Positions 49,826 through 60,988 of a DNA stretch of 64,000 nt are shown piece by piece. The first letter of the stretch is position 1; each line of letters begins with the position of its first letter. The notes under the pieces are model-generated. The model was given only the letters and a program-made list of their open reading frames with translations, made no database searches and was not told the origin of the DNA. Made by a program: the position numbers and the translations under genes. The DNA lies in assembly GCA_964558645.1 (NCBI GenBank), contig CAZLEV010000005.1:96001-160000 (forward strand). Direction: 5' to 3'. This DNA comes from an uncultured archaeon. Its GTDB lineage: Archaea > Asgardarchaeota > Thorarchaeia > Thorarchaeales > Thorarchaeaceae.

Positions 49826-50512
49826 CTACCTTCTAGTCTTCTCCAAGAGAAGTCTCTCAGCCGACAGAAGTGCATAGATACCTATGGCATACAGTCCTCC
49901 CAGGTTTATGACAATCAAAAACACAAAGGCCATGGGGGGAAACAGGAACATTGGAACCAGTCCTAAGGCAATGAGGAGGGAGTAGTAGAGGTGTACTCTT
50001 CTGAATGAGTCGCTCTCCGATCCACGAGTAGAGTCATAGTAGTTCACCGAGTTCCCGATGAAGAGGAGGAGCTGGAGAACCACTGCGAACACGAATACCT
50101 GCCCAATCGAGAACAGAACTACGGCAGAAACGACCATGGCAGTCGTGAGTATGCCCCAGACGACCTTGAGGAGGGTGCTCATCTCCTCCTGAATATCTAT
50201 TGGATACGACTCTGTCAGAGGACGAATCAATCTGAATGAGAGAAACCATGCGATGACAAGGCTTAGGATCACAAATGCGGTGATGATCAGGAGGTTCTGA
50301 CCAGGAAACTCAACAAAGAGCAGCAATGACATGAAGATCAGGGTCACAAAAGACATCCCGCCACCGATTATCAGATACAGAATCCCATTCACCCGCCTGG
50401 CAACAACGTCGGGATACGCCTCAACGAGGTCTGTGAGCACAAGTAGTTGTTGAGCCTTCTCCAGAAGCTCTGAGTCGGGAAACTCAGTCTCAGCAGGGCT
50501 CTTATCACTCAT
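49826..50512 (-). CDS. Hypothetical membrane protein (6 TM)
   Basis: Multiple hydrophobic helices; operonic with the regulator. Confidence 0.7.
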   Translation of the reverse strand: MSDKSPAETEFPDSELLEKAQQLLVLTDLVEAYPDVVARRVNGILYLIIGGGMSFVTLIFMSLLLFVEFPGQNLLIITAFVILSLVIAWFLSFRLIRPLTESYPIDIQEEMSTLLKVVWGILTTAMVVSAVVLFSIGQVFVFAVVLQLLLFIGNSVNYYDSTRGSESDSFRRVHLYYSLLIALGLVPMFLFPPMAFVFLIVINLGGLYAIGIYALLSAERLLLEKTRR

Positions 50513-50609
50513 CTATGATCTGCCTCCCTTGGATTACTCTCATGACTCATAATCTCCAATAAAACAGTATGCGGTCGCGTGCGTATGCTCATACACGCGA
50601 CCAATTCGT

Positions 50610-51770
50610 CTATCTCCTTCCCCTCCTAGCAAAGAGGAGTATCCCCACACCGAGTACAACGGCACTGACAATCACGACGACTAGGAGGTCAACCCATATC
50701 GTGATGGTTGTCAACGGCGCACCCCTCAGGAAGAGCGTTCTGAGAGCATCTGTCACATAGCTACTTGGCATGAATGTGCCAAGAATCTCGGTGACCCCGC
50801 CCAGGTCCATGAATGTTCCGAAGAACATCTGTGGCATGATGAATATGAAGGATACTCCCGTGGCGACATCAGCAGAGTTCGAGATCACAGCTGTGATGAG
50901 CCCAAAGCCCACGCAGGTCAACGAGAAGACTGCGACGATTAGGAAGGCGAATGCAAGTCCACCCGGCCCAGTTTCTGGGGAGTAACCAATCGCCAACGAA
51001 ACTGCGAATATGATTGCACTCTGGAGAAGGGCAATGAACATATTGGACACTGCCTTGCTGATGATGAACTCAGATGACTTCACGGGTGTAGTGGCCATCC
51101 TTCTAAGGAGTCCTTCGTCGCGTTCTGTGGTCATGGATTGCGAGACCGTCATGATCATGAAGATGGCTGAGAAGGCGAAGATTCCAGGGGCCATGAAGTC
51201 CCACATCGTCAGGTCGCTCACTATGACCATCGATGGTGAGCCAATCCTGACGGGTAGTTCCAGTGTTGTTGCCGACTCCCCGTAGATGGCACTCAGAAGC
51301 GACTGTTGAATCATCGGGGGTATTGCACTTGAGGCTATCATGGAACTGCTGTCAAGGTAGAGGCCCAGCGTCACGTTACTCCAGCCGGCCCCGTCTGCGG
51401 GTGAGCTCCAGTAGGAATCGATACTCGAACCGAACCCGTTCGGTATCAAGACAAGCGCATCCAGATTCCCCTGTAGGAGGTCGGTATGCGCCGTAACATT
51501 GTCCTGATAGTGAAACACGACCGTCCCGTTCATCGCCGTGAGATTTCCGAGGAAGTGTTCAGCCCAATCCGGGCTCTCATCCGAGTCGTCCATGTTGACA
51601 ACACCAATCTCGAAGTGTGTGCCCCCACCAGTACCGATGCCGCCGAAGGCAACGCCAAAGATAACTGTAACGAGCAGGGGGAACAGCAGAAGGAGAAACA
51701 AAAGGGCCGGCGCTCTCACAGTCTGTTTCATGTCCTTTCTGACCAGGACGGCTACACGTTTCAGGTTCAT
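50610..51770 (-). CDS. ABC-2 type exporter permease
   Basis: ERDEGLLRRMATTP and a 1+5 TM layout. Confidence 0.9.
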   Translation of the reverse strand: MNLKRVAVLVRKDMKQTVRAPALLFLLLLFPLLVTVIFGVAFGGIGTGGGTHFEIGVVNMDDSDESPDWAEHFLGNLTAMNGTVVFHYQDNVTAHTDLLQGNLDALVLIPNGFGSSIDSYWSSPADGAGWSNVTLGLYLDSSSMIASSAIPPMIQQSLLSAIYGESATTLELPVRIGSPSMVIVSDLTMWDFMAPGIFAFSAIFMIMTVSQSMTTERDEGLLRRMATTPVKSSEFIISKAVSNMFIALLQSAIIFAVSLAIGYSPETGPGGLAFAFLIVAVFSLTCVGFGLITAVISNSADVATGVSFIFIMPQMFFGTFMDLGGVTEILGTFMPSSYVTDALRTLFLRGAPLTTITIWVDLLVVVIVSAVVLGVGILLFARRGRR

Positions 51771-51772
51771 CT

Positions 51773-52519
51773 CTAGACCGCCCCCCTCAGCTTCTTGCCG
51801 GTCAACTTGATGAAGACCTGCTCGAGGTCTGCGACATCATGCTCTTCCATCAATTCCCTTGGTGTACCCACAGCAATCAGTACTCCCTCATCGATGATAC
51901 CAACACGGTCACACAGCGAATCGGCCTCTTCCATGTAGTGGGTCGTGAGGATAATCGCCTTGCCTTTCTCCTTGAGTTCACGGATGAAGTCCCAGACAGC
52001 CCTGCGGGAAACAGGGTCCATCGAGACAGTAGGCTCGTCAAGCAGAGCGATTCGCGGATCGTGGATGAGCGCCATCACAGTACTCACTCTTCGGACCATT
52101 CCCCCGGAGTACTCGCCAGCCCTCCTGTCGGCATGGTCCTCCATGCCAATCTTCCTGATGAACTCCTCACTTCGCCCGCGGAGCATAGGTTTCGGAACTG
52201 AGTGGAACTCGCCATAGAGCTCTATGTTCTCCCGTCCGGTGAGGAAGGGATAGAAGGCGGGCTCCTGAGGGCACAGCCCAACTATCTCACGGACGCTCTC
52301 ATTGTCCTCTACCACATCAAAGTCGGCAATGGAGGCGCCTCCCCCTGTCGGTTCAAGGAGGGTGCATAGCACGTTGATTGTGGTAGTCTTACCGGCCCCG
52401 TTGGGCCCCAGGAGACCGAACAGCTCGCCCCACTTCACACTCAAGTCGAGTCCATCGACTGCCGTGATGGTATCGAACCGAACGGTCAGGTTATCAATCA
52501 CTATTGCATCTTCAGACAT
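51773..52519 (-). CDS. ABC transporter ATP-binding protein
   Basis: GPNGAGKTT, YSGGM, LLDEPT and TTHYMEEA. Confidence 0.95.
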   Translation of the reverse strand: MSEDAIVIDNLTVRFDTITAVDGLDLSVKWGELFGLLGPNGAGKTTTINVLCTLLEPTGGGASIADFDVVEDNESVREIVGLCPQEPAFYPFLTGRENIELYGEFHSVPKPMLRGRSEEFIRKIGMEDHADRRAGEYSGGMVRRVSTVMALIHDPRIALLDEPTVSMDPVSRRAVWDFIRELKEKGKAIILTTHYMEEADSLCDRVGIIDEGVLIAVGTPRELMEEHDVADLEQVFIKLTGKKLRGAV

Positions 52520-52636
52520 TGTGGTTCATGTGTATGGAGAACTCAAAGGCATATAACACGTCGACTATGTTTGGGTCACAGTGTACTTTGTGCGGCACGG
52601 TACCTTCTTACACAGGCAAGTCGGCCGCGGACGCTC

Positions 52637-53242
52637 CTACTTCAGTGGTTGGCCACAGTTGGGGCAGGTGTCCACATATGGGGAGATTCCTTTTCTGCCG
52701 CAGTGATGGCAGACCTGAGGCTGGGGCCCCTCGACTCGGGTGTACTGCACTGGACCAGTTTGGCTCTTGTTCGAAGTAGCAGTGAGGGAGGTGAATCCTG
52801 CAAACATGGCAATGACCCCTGCAAGCATGGCAGGAATGCCTCCAACCAGAATCAGACCCATGGTCCACTCGACGTGAGGCATTGAGATGGCAAGGGTGAC
52901 GATGATAACAGCAAGCCCTGTCATGCATCCACACGTGATACCATTGGCGGTCTCAGCTCGACGTTCCACCCAGCCACCACCGATGCGACGTTCAACCGTC
53001 CCTGTGATGCCGAGGCCGGTCTTGGCAAAGAAGGCCCCCACTATGAACAGGACGCCTATGAGAGGGTAGAGCCAGAGAAAGATCGATAGGTTGGAACTCA
53101 GACTCCAGTCCGTGTACCAGTCACCCGAACTTGGGATGATACTGGGCACGATAGCAACGATTCCCGTCTCGATGAACATCAGGACTGCCGCAATCAGGTA
53201 CAGCTTGTAGCTCTTGATCGATTTTACAGTGTGAATAGACAT
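52637..53242 (-). CDS. Membrane protein with C-terminal zinc ribbon
   Basis: 4 TM followed by CHHC...CPNC. Confidence 0.7.
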   Translation of the reverse strand: MSIHTVKSIKSYKLYLIAAVLMFIETGIVAIVPSIIPSSGDWYTDWSLSSNLSIFLWLYPLIGVLFIVGAFFAKTGLGITGTVERRIGGGWVERRAETANGITCGCMTGLAVIIVTLAISMPHVEWTMGLILVGGIPAMLAGVIAMFAGFTSLTATSNKSQTGPVQYTRVEGPQPQVCHHCGRKGISPYVDTCPNCGQPLK

Positions 53243-53495
53243 GACGCAATCTCCCGAATAATGGACATATGCTACATATTATTGTGCTATTTCAGTATAT
53301 CGAGAGCGGGATGGAAATTCCACAGGACTATGCGCAATCTATTCGGACAGCATAGCCGGTTGTTGATGGATCCGGCTCGGTGTTGGACCCTAAGAAAAAG
53401 TTATATCCTATTGAACAGTATATAGGCCAAACAGTCATCCAGCATAACATGGAGTGACTGTCCAGGAGAGGTATGCCTGGTTTGTCTGGGGTTGA

Positions 53496-56228
53496 TTGCA
53501 GTTGAGTTGTATTCTTAGATATAGTAGTGTGAGATACGTTGCGTTGGTTTCTATTGCATTGATGGCCGTTGGGTTTGGCGCGGGGGCTGTTCCAAACCAT
53601 GCCCCCATCTTGGACCAACCTCGACAGAGCACATTCGGTGTTGTAGAACCTATGAGAGAGCTGTCCATGGCGGCAGCTAGCAGTACGAACGTTTCAGGAC
53701 CCATCTGGTTGCAGCGCTATGGGGGCGACGACATAGACGAGGGGCATGACGTCATCCAGTGTGCAGATGGTGGATTCTGCATAGTGGGTGAAACATGGTC
53801 GTTTGGCGCAGGCTATGCTGACATGTACGTTGTAAGAACCGATTCTGAGGGACACATGCTCTGGAACTCTACTTTTGGGTACGTACGGTTTGACCATGGC
53901 GTGGCAATCGTTGAAAGGGCGCGAGGGGACTTCATCATTGCCGGGGGGCGCCTCGACCCATCCTTTAACTTCTATGGATGGCTTGTCTGTGTGAATTCCA
54001 CCGGGGGGCATAAATGGAACAAGACTTTTACTGAGTCTTCTGGTTTCAGAGGGGTCTGTGAAACGGAGGATGGCGGAATCTTACTTGCTGGTGGAAGATC
54101 TGGCTCTGACTCTGGGGGCGATATCCACGTCATGAAGACTGACGAGAATGCCACGAAGATATGGAGCAAGTGGTTTGGAACCCTGAGAGATGACCATTGT
54201 GAGTCGCTCTATCGGTGTGCTGATGGGGGCTACTTGCTGTCGGGAATCTCATATGCCTACGAAGATGGCACACACGATGAGTCGTGGCTGTTGCGCTTGG
54301 ACTCCGATGGCATACGGAAGTGGTTCAGAGTCTATGGTACCGATGAGCACATGCGCGTCGTCGACGCAATTGAGTGTCCAGATGGTGGATATCTTGCAGT
54401 AGGTCAAACCTCAAGTCGTCTATTGCTCCTTCGCACGGACAGTTCTGGATACTACATGTGGGAAAGCACTAGTACCCTATCCAATGCAGGCCTTGGAGTT
54501 GTACCTCTGGGAACGGAGAACTATGGTGTGGCCGGGGGTTCACAGTTCTTGGTCTTCGGCAAGAACGGTGAATATCGTTGGCACTGCGGACTGAACATGT
54601 TCAGCATCTCCTCTCTAGAGAAATGCTCAAACGGGGAGTGTGTCGCCGCGGGAATGGCCTCCGATGACTGTGCCCTCTCAAGGATTCCGTGGTTGGCTTG
54701 GAATGAGACCCCCATCGATCATGCACTGGAGTATGGCTCATTCTTCCGAGCCGATCTGAATGCTACACTCAGTGCAGAGATCGATATGTGGAGCATCAAT
54801 GACACGGCCCGTTTCTCCATCGACCAGGAAGGAGTTGTCGAGAACGCGGACTTGCTGGGCGTCGGTCAATACCCTCTGCTAGTGTCCGTGAACGACACGA
54901 TCGGAAACGTCCTCTCCCAGGAGTTCACCCTGACAGTAGAGGATACAGCTGCACCCACCTGGAACGAGAGCCCCGTCGATCAGACTCTGGAGATTGGAGA
55001 ACAGTTCAGGTACGACCTGAATGCGAGTGATGCATCGGGCATCGTATACTGGGCGACAAATACAACAGGAACCTTCGAAATTGATGATGCAGGTATCATC
55101 ACCGATGCTATGCTGGTGCCTGTGGGAAGCTATGGAATACAGGTGAAGGCAAGAGACCCGTACAATAATACGCTGAGTGATGAGTTCGTCCTACGGGTTG
55201 TAGACACCCAGGCGCCTGTGTGGATACAACAACTAGATGAGGAGTATGTGTTCGCAAGTCCGGCTGAAGTCGAGCTCGCATGCTCAGCATCTGATCTCTC
55301 AGGAATTCACTCGTGGGGACTAAATGACACAGAGCGTTTCAGTTACACAAGCACCGAGCTGCACTCATCAAGCCTGTGTGTTGTATCACCCACAGGTTCA
55401 CTTGTTCCGGGGGTCTATGGCCTAAACCTGTCTGTTACTGACGCTCTTGGAAACACTGCTTGGACAGTCTGCAACGTTATCATCGGAGAGAGGGACACAA
55501 CTGCACCAACCTGGGTGGAAGAGCCCCACGACCAGATTGCTGAGTATGGAGAGGGACTGATCTACGACCTGAATGCAACCGATTCCTCGGGTCTAGATTT
55601 GTGGTGGGTGACTCCGGAACCCTATTTCGCCATCGGACAGGATGGTGTAATCAATAACGCTACTGTTCTCGAGGTCGGGACTTACTCGGTGATTGTGTCT
55701 GTCAACGATACGTACGGGAATCTTCTTCAGTCAAGCCTCACGGTGGAAGTGAAGGACACGATATCTCCTATCTGGCGCTGGAGCCCTGAGGACCAAGTCA
55801 TAGAGCATGGTGAGCTGGTCCAATACCAACTTGGGTCATGGGATCTCTCCGGTATCGGCCACTGGGGGATAAACGACACAGTGCATTTCCTTGTGGATAG
55901 TAGCGGCTGTGTGTGGTCGATCGACGCTCTGGAGCCGGGGACCTACGTTCTCCAAATCATAGTATCCGATATCTATGGCAATGAGCTGTCTGCCGTCTTT
56001 GCCGTCACAGTGAACCAACCGACAACCACCACAACCACATCAACGACGACTACGACCACCAGCACATCAACATCTACGACCAGTACGACAACAACATCTA
56101 CAACCACAACAGGCACGGAGACCGCACCACCTCTACCAGTGGAGCTCGTCTTGATTGGTATCGGCATACCCATTGCGCTGGTGGCAATGATAATCATACT
56201 AAGGTCCAGACCCAGGCTGGGCAGATAG
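53496..56228 (+). CDS. Cell-surface protein: beta-propeller-type repeats + Ig/cadherin-like repeats + Thr-rich stalk + TM
   Basis: Repeats of DGG(F/Y)...G...R.D..G...W...G and of DT.AP.W...P.DQ; poly-Thr/Ser; C-terminal TM. Confidence 0.82.
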   Translation: MQLSCILRYSSVRYVALVSIALMAVGFGAGAVPNHAPILDQPRQSTFGVVEPMRELSMAAASSTNVSGPIWLQRYGGDDIDEGHDVIQCADGGFCIVGETWSFGAGYADMYVVRTDSEGHMLWNSTFGYVRFDHGVAIVERARGDFIIAGGRLDPSFNFYGWLVCVNSTGGHKWNKTFTESSGFRGVCETEDGGILLAGGRSGSDSGGDIHVMKTDENATKIWSKWFGTLRDDHCESLYRCADGGYLLSGISYAYEDGTHDESWLLRLDSDGIRKWFRVYGTDEHMRVVDAIECPDGGYLAVGQTSSRLLLLRTDSSGYYMWESTSTLSNAGLGVVPLGTENYGVAGGSQFLVFGKNGEYRWHCGLNMFSISSLEKCSNGECVAAGMASDDCALSRIPWLAWNETPIDHALEYGSFFRADLNATLSAEIDMWSINDTARFSIDQEGVVENADLLGVGQYPLLVSVNDTIGNVLSQEFTLTVEDTAAPTWNESPVDQTLEIGEQFRYDLNASDASGIVYWATNTTGTFEIDDAGIITDAMLVPVGSYGIQVKARDPYNNTLSDEFVLRVVDTQAPVWIQQLDEEYVFASPAEVELACSASDLSGIHSWGLNDTERFSYTSTELHSSSLCVVSPTGSLVPGVYGLNLSVTDALGNTAWTVCNVIIGERDTTAPTWVEEPHDQIAEYGEGLIYDLNATDSSGLDLWWVTPEPYFAIGQDGVINNATVLEVGTYSVIVSVNDTYGNLLQSSLTVEVKDTISPIWRWSPEDQVIEHGELVQYQLGSWDLSGIGHWGINDTVHFLVDSSGCVWSIDALEPGTYVLQIIVSDIYGNELSAVFAVTVNQPTTTTTTSTTTTTTSTSTSTTSTTTTSTTTTGTETAPPLPVELVLIGIGIPIALVAMIIILRSRPRLGR
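56021..56113 (+). repeat. Thr/Ser codon tract
   Basis: acaaccaccacaaccacatcaacgacgact... Confidence 0.8.
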
Positions 56229-56297
56229 CAAGATGCTTGACGACCGACGACAAGCTCTCCGGTGTGCATAGAGTCAGAGCCCAGAAGGTAATAATCG

Positions 56298-57176
56298 ATG
56301 ATTCCTACAGAACCATTTGGCCGCACAGGTCGCAATAGCACGCGCATCATCTTCGGCGGGTATGCTCTGAGCGAGGCAACGCAAGAAGAGGCGAATCGTG
56401 TTCTCGAAATGCTGTTAGAGCATGGAGTCAACCATATCGACATGGCACCCATGTACGGAGAAGCTGAGAAACGCATTGCTCCGTGGATGGACACACACCG
56501 CGCTGAGTTCTTCCTCGCAACCAAGTCCAGGAAGCGCTCATACGAGGGCGCATGGAAAGATTTGAAGACCTCGTTGAGCACCTTAGGCGTTGACTCTGTA
56601 GACCTCTGGCAGATGCATGGTCTGACGAATCCCGTTGGCTGGGAGAAGGCAATGGGACCGGGTGGTGCTCTGGAGGCATTCATCGAGGCACGCGACCAGG
56701 GGCTCGTCCGGTTTCTGGGCGTGACAGCTCATGGCGACAAGGCGGCTGCCATGCACAGGCAGAGTCTGGAACGGTTCGATTTTGACAGTATCCTGCTGCC
56801 ATACAACTACTTGCAGATGCAGAATGTCCGGTATGCAGATGACTTCCGTGGACTAGTCGAAACGTGCCGCAACCGGAATGTGGCAATACAGACCATCAAG
56901 TCCCTGGTCCGACGGCCATGGGGGACCCGTACTCAGAACTACACCACCTACTTCTATGAACCGCTCGACACCCAGAACGCCATTGACAAGGCGGTCCACT
57001 GGTCTCTGGGCCTATCCGACAGCTTTGTGATCACGGCAGGTGACATGCAGCTTCTACCCAAGATTCTAGATGCAGCCAATCGCTTTGAGAGACCACCATC
57101 TGATGCGGAGATGAACACGATGGTCGATGAGCTCCAGATGGACACAATAATCTGCAGTGTAAGAGACTTCCGATAA
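56298..57176 (+). CDS. Aldo/keto reductase
   Basis: GVNHIDMAPMYGEAE, FLATK, DLWQMH and VRFLGVTAH. Confidence 0.92.
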   Translation: MIPTEPFGRTGRNSTRIIFGGYALSEATQEEANRVLEMLLEHGVNHIDMAPMYGEAEKRIAPWMDTHRAEFFLATKSRKRSYEGAWKDLKTSLSTLGVDSVDLWQMHGLTNPVGWEKAMGPGGALEAFIEARDQGLVRFLGVTAHGDKAAAMHRQSLERFDFDSILLPYNYLQMQNVRYADDFRGLVETCRNRNVAIQTIKSLVRRPWGTRTQNYTTYFYEPLDTQNAIDKAVHWSLGLSDSFVITAGDMQLLPKILDAANRFERPPSDAEMNTMVDELQMDTIICSVRDFR

Positions 57177-57225
57177 ATTGTGCAAGATTGATTAGGAAGC
57201 TCAGGCGTACACTACTTCTGGCGAG

Positions 57226-58350
57226 TTGAGTCGGATGGACAAAAGCAGCCAGGAAACCAGATTCACGATGCATCCAGTGACCACTGCGCTCACCAGAGGG
57301 CCACTGCAGCTTACATCCTCCATGCTTCTTGTAGGCATTCTCACGTATGCAGGATTCGCCTTCATTGCTCTGTTCACAGGAGAGATAGCACAGCTGTTCT
57401 TCTCCTTCATGCACCTAGTCCAGTTGGATTTCTCCCTGCTCATCACGATTGGACTCTTCTTTCTCTATGACTACTTCAGGAAGCTCGACGAAACGCTCAG
57501 AGAGATACGCTATGTCTTTGTCATCGGGGATGAGGAGTACGAGAAATATCTTGAGAATGTGAGTAATAGGATGGGTAGCCCTCGAGGATTCATGTTAGGG
57601 CTGCCTTTCATTGCTCTCGGGCTGGCTTCGATTGCCTTCTTTGTAATGCCGACAATGCCCAATCCCCTGTTCCCTGTTGGGTCATTATCTCCTGTCTGGC
57701 TGTACCTGTCCTTCGAGTTCGTCTTCATAATGCTTCCACTTTTCGGAGTTGCCATCTGGCTAGGTGTCGTTGTAATGTCCGTTGCCAAGGACATCGGCCG
57801 GAAACTGGAGATCTCCGTCACGCCAATATCCCCGGATCGGGCGGGGGGACTCGTATCCTTCTCCGATGTGCTTCTGAGGGGAGTGTTCATGTATTCCCTC
57901 CTCCTCATGCTGTTGATTCCCGTGTTTGTCTACCTTGTGCAATACCTGAGTGCCACCAGTCCGATACTAGCCTTGGTCCCCTCGGCAGGATTGGCTCTGG
58001 CAATCGTAACCATAGGCATATTCTTTCTTGTGCCTCAGTACTATATTCACAGTATTCTGGAGGATGAGAAGAAGAAACACCTGGCCCAAGTCAGCGAGGA
58101 GGTCAACACGGTCCTGTCCAACATCCGGAGTATGCTTGCATCCGCCCCATCAAGCTCTGATATCCCATCTCAGCAACTCACGCTCGTAAGCCTTCAGCTC
58201 ACAACGCTCTTTGAACAAGTGGAGAAGATGAAGACGTGGCCCTCAACCCTGTGGATTGCAACCAAGGCGATCAGTTCCTTGGTTCTCATTCTGGTCACCT
58301 TCTTCATCAATCAACTACTGATACTGTACTTCGAAGCGGTCTTAGGGTAG
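57226..58350 (+). CDS. Hypothetical multi-pass membrane protein
   Basis: About 7 TM; PDRAGGL and K.WP motifs. Confidence 0.7.
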   Translation: MSRMDKSSQETRFTMHPVTTALTRGPLQLTSSMLLVGILTYAGFAFIALFTGEIAQLFFSFMHLVQLDFSLLITIGLFFLYDYFRKLDETLREIRYVFVIGDEEYEKYLENVSNRMGSPRGFMLGLPFIALGLASIAFFVMPTMPNPLFPVGSLSPVWLYLSFEFVFIMLPLFGVAIWLGVVVMSVAKDIGRKLEISVTPISPDRAGGLVSFSDVLLRGVFMYSLLLMLLIPVFVYLVQYLSATSPILALVPSAGLALAIVTIGIFFLVPQYYIHSILEDEKKKHLAQVSEEVNTVLSNIRSMLASAPSSSDIPSQQLTLVSLQLTTLFEQVEKMKTWPSTLWIATKAISSLVLILVTFFINQLLILYFEAVLG

Positions 58351-58398
58351 GAATCTGGCCAGTCCAAAAGGAACCACGTGGACATTCGATACCCATAC

Positions 58399-59151
58399 TC
58401 AGACTGCATCAGGGTGGCAGGAGAATGAAACCATCGCCTTCTTCATGAGGTTCTCCGCAACCTCCTTTGCATAGGCCGCCGCGGCCACGAATATATAATA
58501 GAATCGCCCGGACTTCTCACAATCGAGGAGCAGCATTCTGTTCAGAACGGTGAACCCGATGTCATTGGCACTGTAAGCATGAGAGCCGCCAACGAATTCA
58601 GCCCGGTGCCCCATGATATCAATCTCTCCTGTTTCAGTGACCTGGAAGTCTATCTCTGATTTAAGTTGGTCAAGCTGCCGATGAGATGCCGCCTCTGCCT
58701 TTGACCGTTGCTGATACCACTGGATGACTAGTCGGGTGTAGTACTGTTTCTCGATGTCGGCAAGAGAGATCTGCCCAGAGGTGTGGTCGCCCACGACATC
58801 GAGCACTTCCCACCTAAATGATGCATCGAAAGAGATGCCCACCCAGTCCGGAACTGAAAGCCCTTGAGATTCTTCATCTATGATCCCCTCTTCCTGCTCA
58901 GATATCACAGGGCCGGGAGGCTCCTGTGTGTGCAGGTCGCTCTGTTTCATCGCAGAACATGTAATCAGTACCAGCAATGCAGCACTCAGAAGGAATCCAA
59001 TCTGGAAGTTAATAGAGTGAACTACAGAGAGACACAGGGAGTGGTATTGCGGCGCCCCTGCTTCGGGTATGAGAGTTGTGAAGAGCATCACCAGTGCGCC
59101 GACACCTAGCAGCCGGGGAGGCAAATGCATACCACCGTCGTCGCCAGTCAT
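58399..59151 (-). CDS. Hypothetical membrane-anchored protein
   Basis: Two N-terminal hydrophobic segments and a soluble C-domain; start uncertain (59223/59151/59130). Confidence 0.55.
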   Translation of the reverse strand: MTGDDGGMHLPPRLLGVGALVMLFTTLIPEAGAPQYHSLCLSVVHSINFQIGFLLSAALLVLITCSAMKQSDLHTQEPPGPVISEQEEGIIDEESQGLSVPDWVGISFDASFRWEVLDVVGDHTSGQISLADIEKQYYTRLVIQWYQQRSKAEAASHRQLDQLKSEIDFQVTETGEIDIMGHRAEFVGGSHAYSANDIGFTVLNRMLLLDCEKSGRFYYIFVAAAAYAKEVAENLMKKAMVSFSCHPDAV

Positions 59152-59341
59152 ACTTCCGACCCCAGATGAGGTCGGGGTTTGAGAGTATAAGCGTTTCTTG
59201 CACAAAGCTTGGAGGAAAAGCACTGATTACCACCAGTGAGACTATGTCCGGCACCCGGAGGCCCAAACTCTATTTTGGTTTCTTTTGCGGATAACATATA
59301 TCGCACTACGAGGATAGTCACTGAGAGTGAGGGTATTCAAT

Positions 59342-59923
59342 ATGAATGGGATATACTTCGCTATTCCAGACTTGATGGACAGATTCCGTAGATCGAGGTT
59401 CATGATTGATGTGCTGAACAAGAACTTCCTAGCCTCTACCGCAGACCTCGACATCGTGAACTTCGTTGAGATGGATGATGACGAGTTTCTGGATGAGATC
59501 GAGAAGTTCCTCCTTCGAGCAGTCCCTCTTGATAAGAAAATTGTGACGCCCGTCCTCGAACGGAATCCGGTTGATGATATCAGAAGTCTGTTCAAGAACG
59601 CGTTCACTGAGGACTATTCTGAGTGGGACCTCCTCGAAGAGGCTCTTCGCCTAGAAGGTGCCGATGTCCACTTTGCCTCCACAGTCCTCTTCCTGGCTAC
59701 GCAGGGACGATGCATCATGTACCACGATCATCTCTATCACGCACTCAGCCAGCTCTATCCGGGAGAGTTTGATGCAGAGTTTGAGATACCAACGGACCCG
59801 CTGTCATACTACCGACTTCTGTTCTACTGCTATGCGCTAGCGGAAACCTACGAGTTCCGAAGCATGAGTGAACTCTACCACTTCCTGTGGTATGGGCATC
59901 ACACGAACTGGGAATTCGACTGA
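59342..59923 (+). CDS. Hypothetical helical protein with HhH-like motif
   Basis: LRLEGADVHFASTVLFL...I....YHAL...Y......ELYHFLW. Confidence 0.55.
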   Translation: MNGIYFAIPDLMDRFRRSRFMIDVLNKNFLASTADLDIVNFVEMDDDEFLDEIEKFLLRAVPLDKKIVTPVLERNPVDDIRSLFKNAFTEDYSEWDLLEEALRLEGADVHFASTVLFLATQGRCIMYHDHLYHALSQLYPGEFDAEFEIPTDPLSYYRLLFYCYALAETYEFRSMSELYHFLWYGHHTNWEFD

Positions 59924-60068
59924 TGATGGCTCAGAGTGGTTGGTCCAATCTGCACGTCTAGCCAGTCAGGCTGCATCCGTGCCTGTGCAGCAACCTTGAT
60001 TCATATGTCCATTGTATCTCAAAGGCCACTGTCTACTGGTACTTCAGAGACTTGCTCAGTGTCTTGCA

Positions 60069-60983
60069 TCAACGTCTTCCTCTGGCCCAACGGAACACGA
60101 GAGCGATGCAGAGTGCTGCTAAGACTATACCCCCTACAGGAACCAACGGATGGATACTCGCCCCATCAAGAGGCGGTGGCGGGCCTGCCTCGATCTTAAT
60201 GACCTCTCCCTCAGGAGTCACAGAGAAGACTATCTCAGTCTCACTCGTCACAACGTCAAACGGCCCATGAGGAAAGACAGATTGCTGAATATACCTGTAC
60301 GTAGCAATCTCCCAGTGGATCCCGGCCAGTAGCGCGTCCGCGTTGTCATGGCTCCAAATGGTAGTGAAAGCGTCCCAGCACCAAAAGGTGGTCCCGGTGT
60401 AGTTGTATGACCAGAGATATGCGACAAAAGGTGATTCTGTTTCCCAATGTGGCTCTGTCCATGACATCACTCTCAGACCCAAGGTCTGGTTCATTTCCAT
60501 GACAGAACGCAGAGATAATTTCAGGGAATCTATCGGCGCATCCAGACCAATATCAATCACCGAGGTGACTCCAGTCATCTCCGTGCGATTAAACGTACAT
60601 TCAATTATCAAGTTGGAGTAACTGCTCTCGTTGAGTGCAACCAATGATATATGGCGCGTATCGTAGGAGAAGGGGCCCTGAGGGTAGGTTTTTCGCATGA
60701 AAGCAAGACACTCATGATGCTCCTCAATGAAAGCAACGATGTCTGGATTATCGAGGAGAAGAGGGTAGTTCTCTGCAATGCGCTGCTCGACTTGCTGCCT
60801 TATCACAAGTACATCCCGGCCATCCACATCAAGAGTGAGATTTGATGCCTGTGAAGAGCTGCCGATTCGAGGCAGAGAGGGACAGTTGGATTCGGCAGAC
60901 AAATGGCAGCCATAGCTTGAAAATGGCGAACTCATGAGGAGTGCTAGTAGCACGATGCATGATAATGCACTCTTCAATCTCAA
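60069..60983 (-). CDS. Secreted/membrane-anchored hypothetical protein
   Basis: Signal peptide and a C-terminal TM with basic tail. Confidence 0.7.
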   Translation of the reverse strand: MRLKSALSCIVLLALLMSSPFSSYGCHLSAESNCPSLPRIGSSSQASNLTLDVDGRDVLVIRQQVEQRIAENYPLLLDNPDIVAFIEEHHECLAFMRKTYPQGPFSYDTRHISLVALNESSYSNLIIECTFNRTEMTGVTSVIDIGLDAPIDSLKLSLRSVMEMNQTLGLRVMSWTEPHWETESPFVAYLWSYNYTGTTFWCWDAFTTIWSHDNADALLAGIHWEIATYRYIQQSVFPHGPFDVVTSETEIVFSVTPEGEVIKIEAGPPPPLDGASIHPLVPVGGIVLAALCIALVFRWARGRR

Positions 60984-60988
60984 GCACC

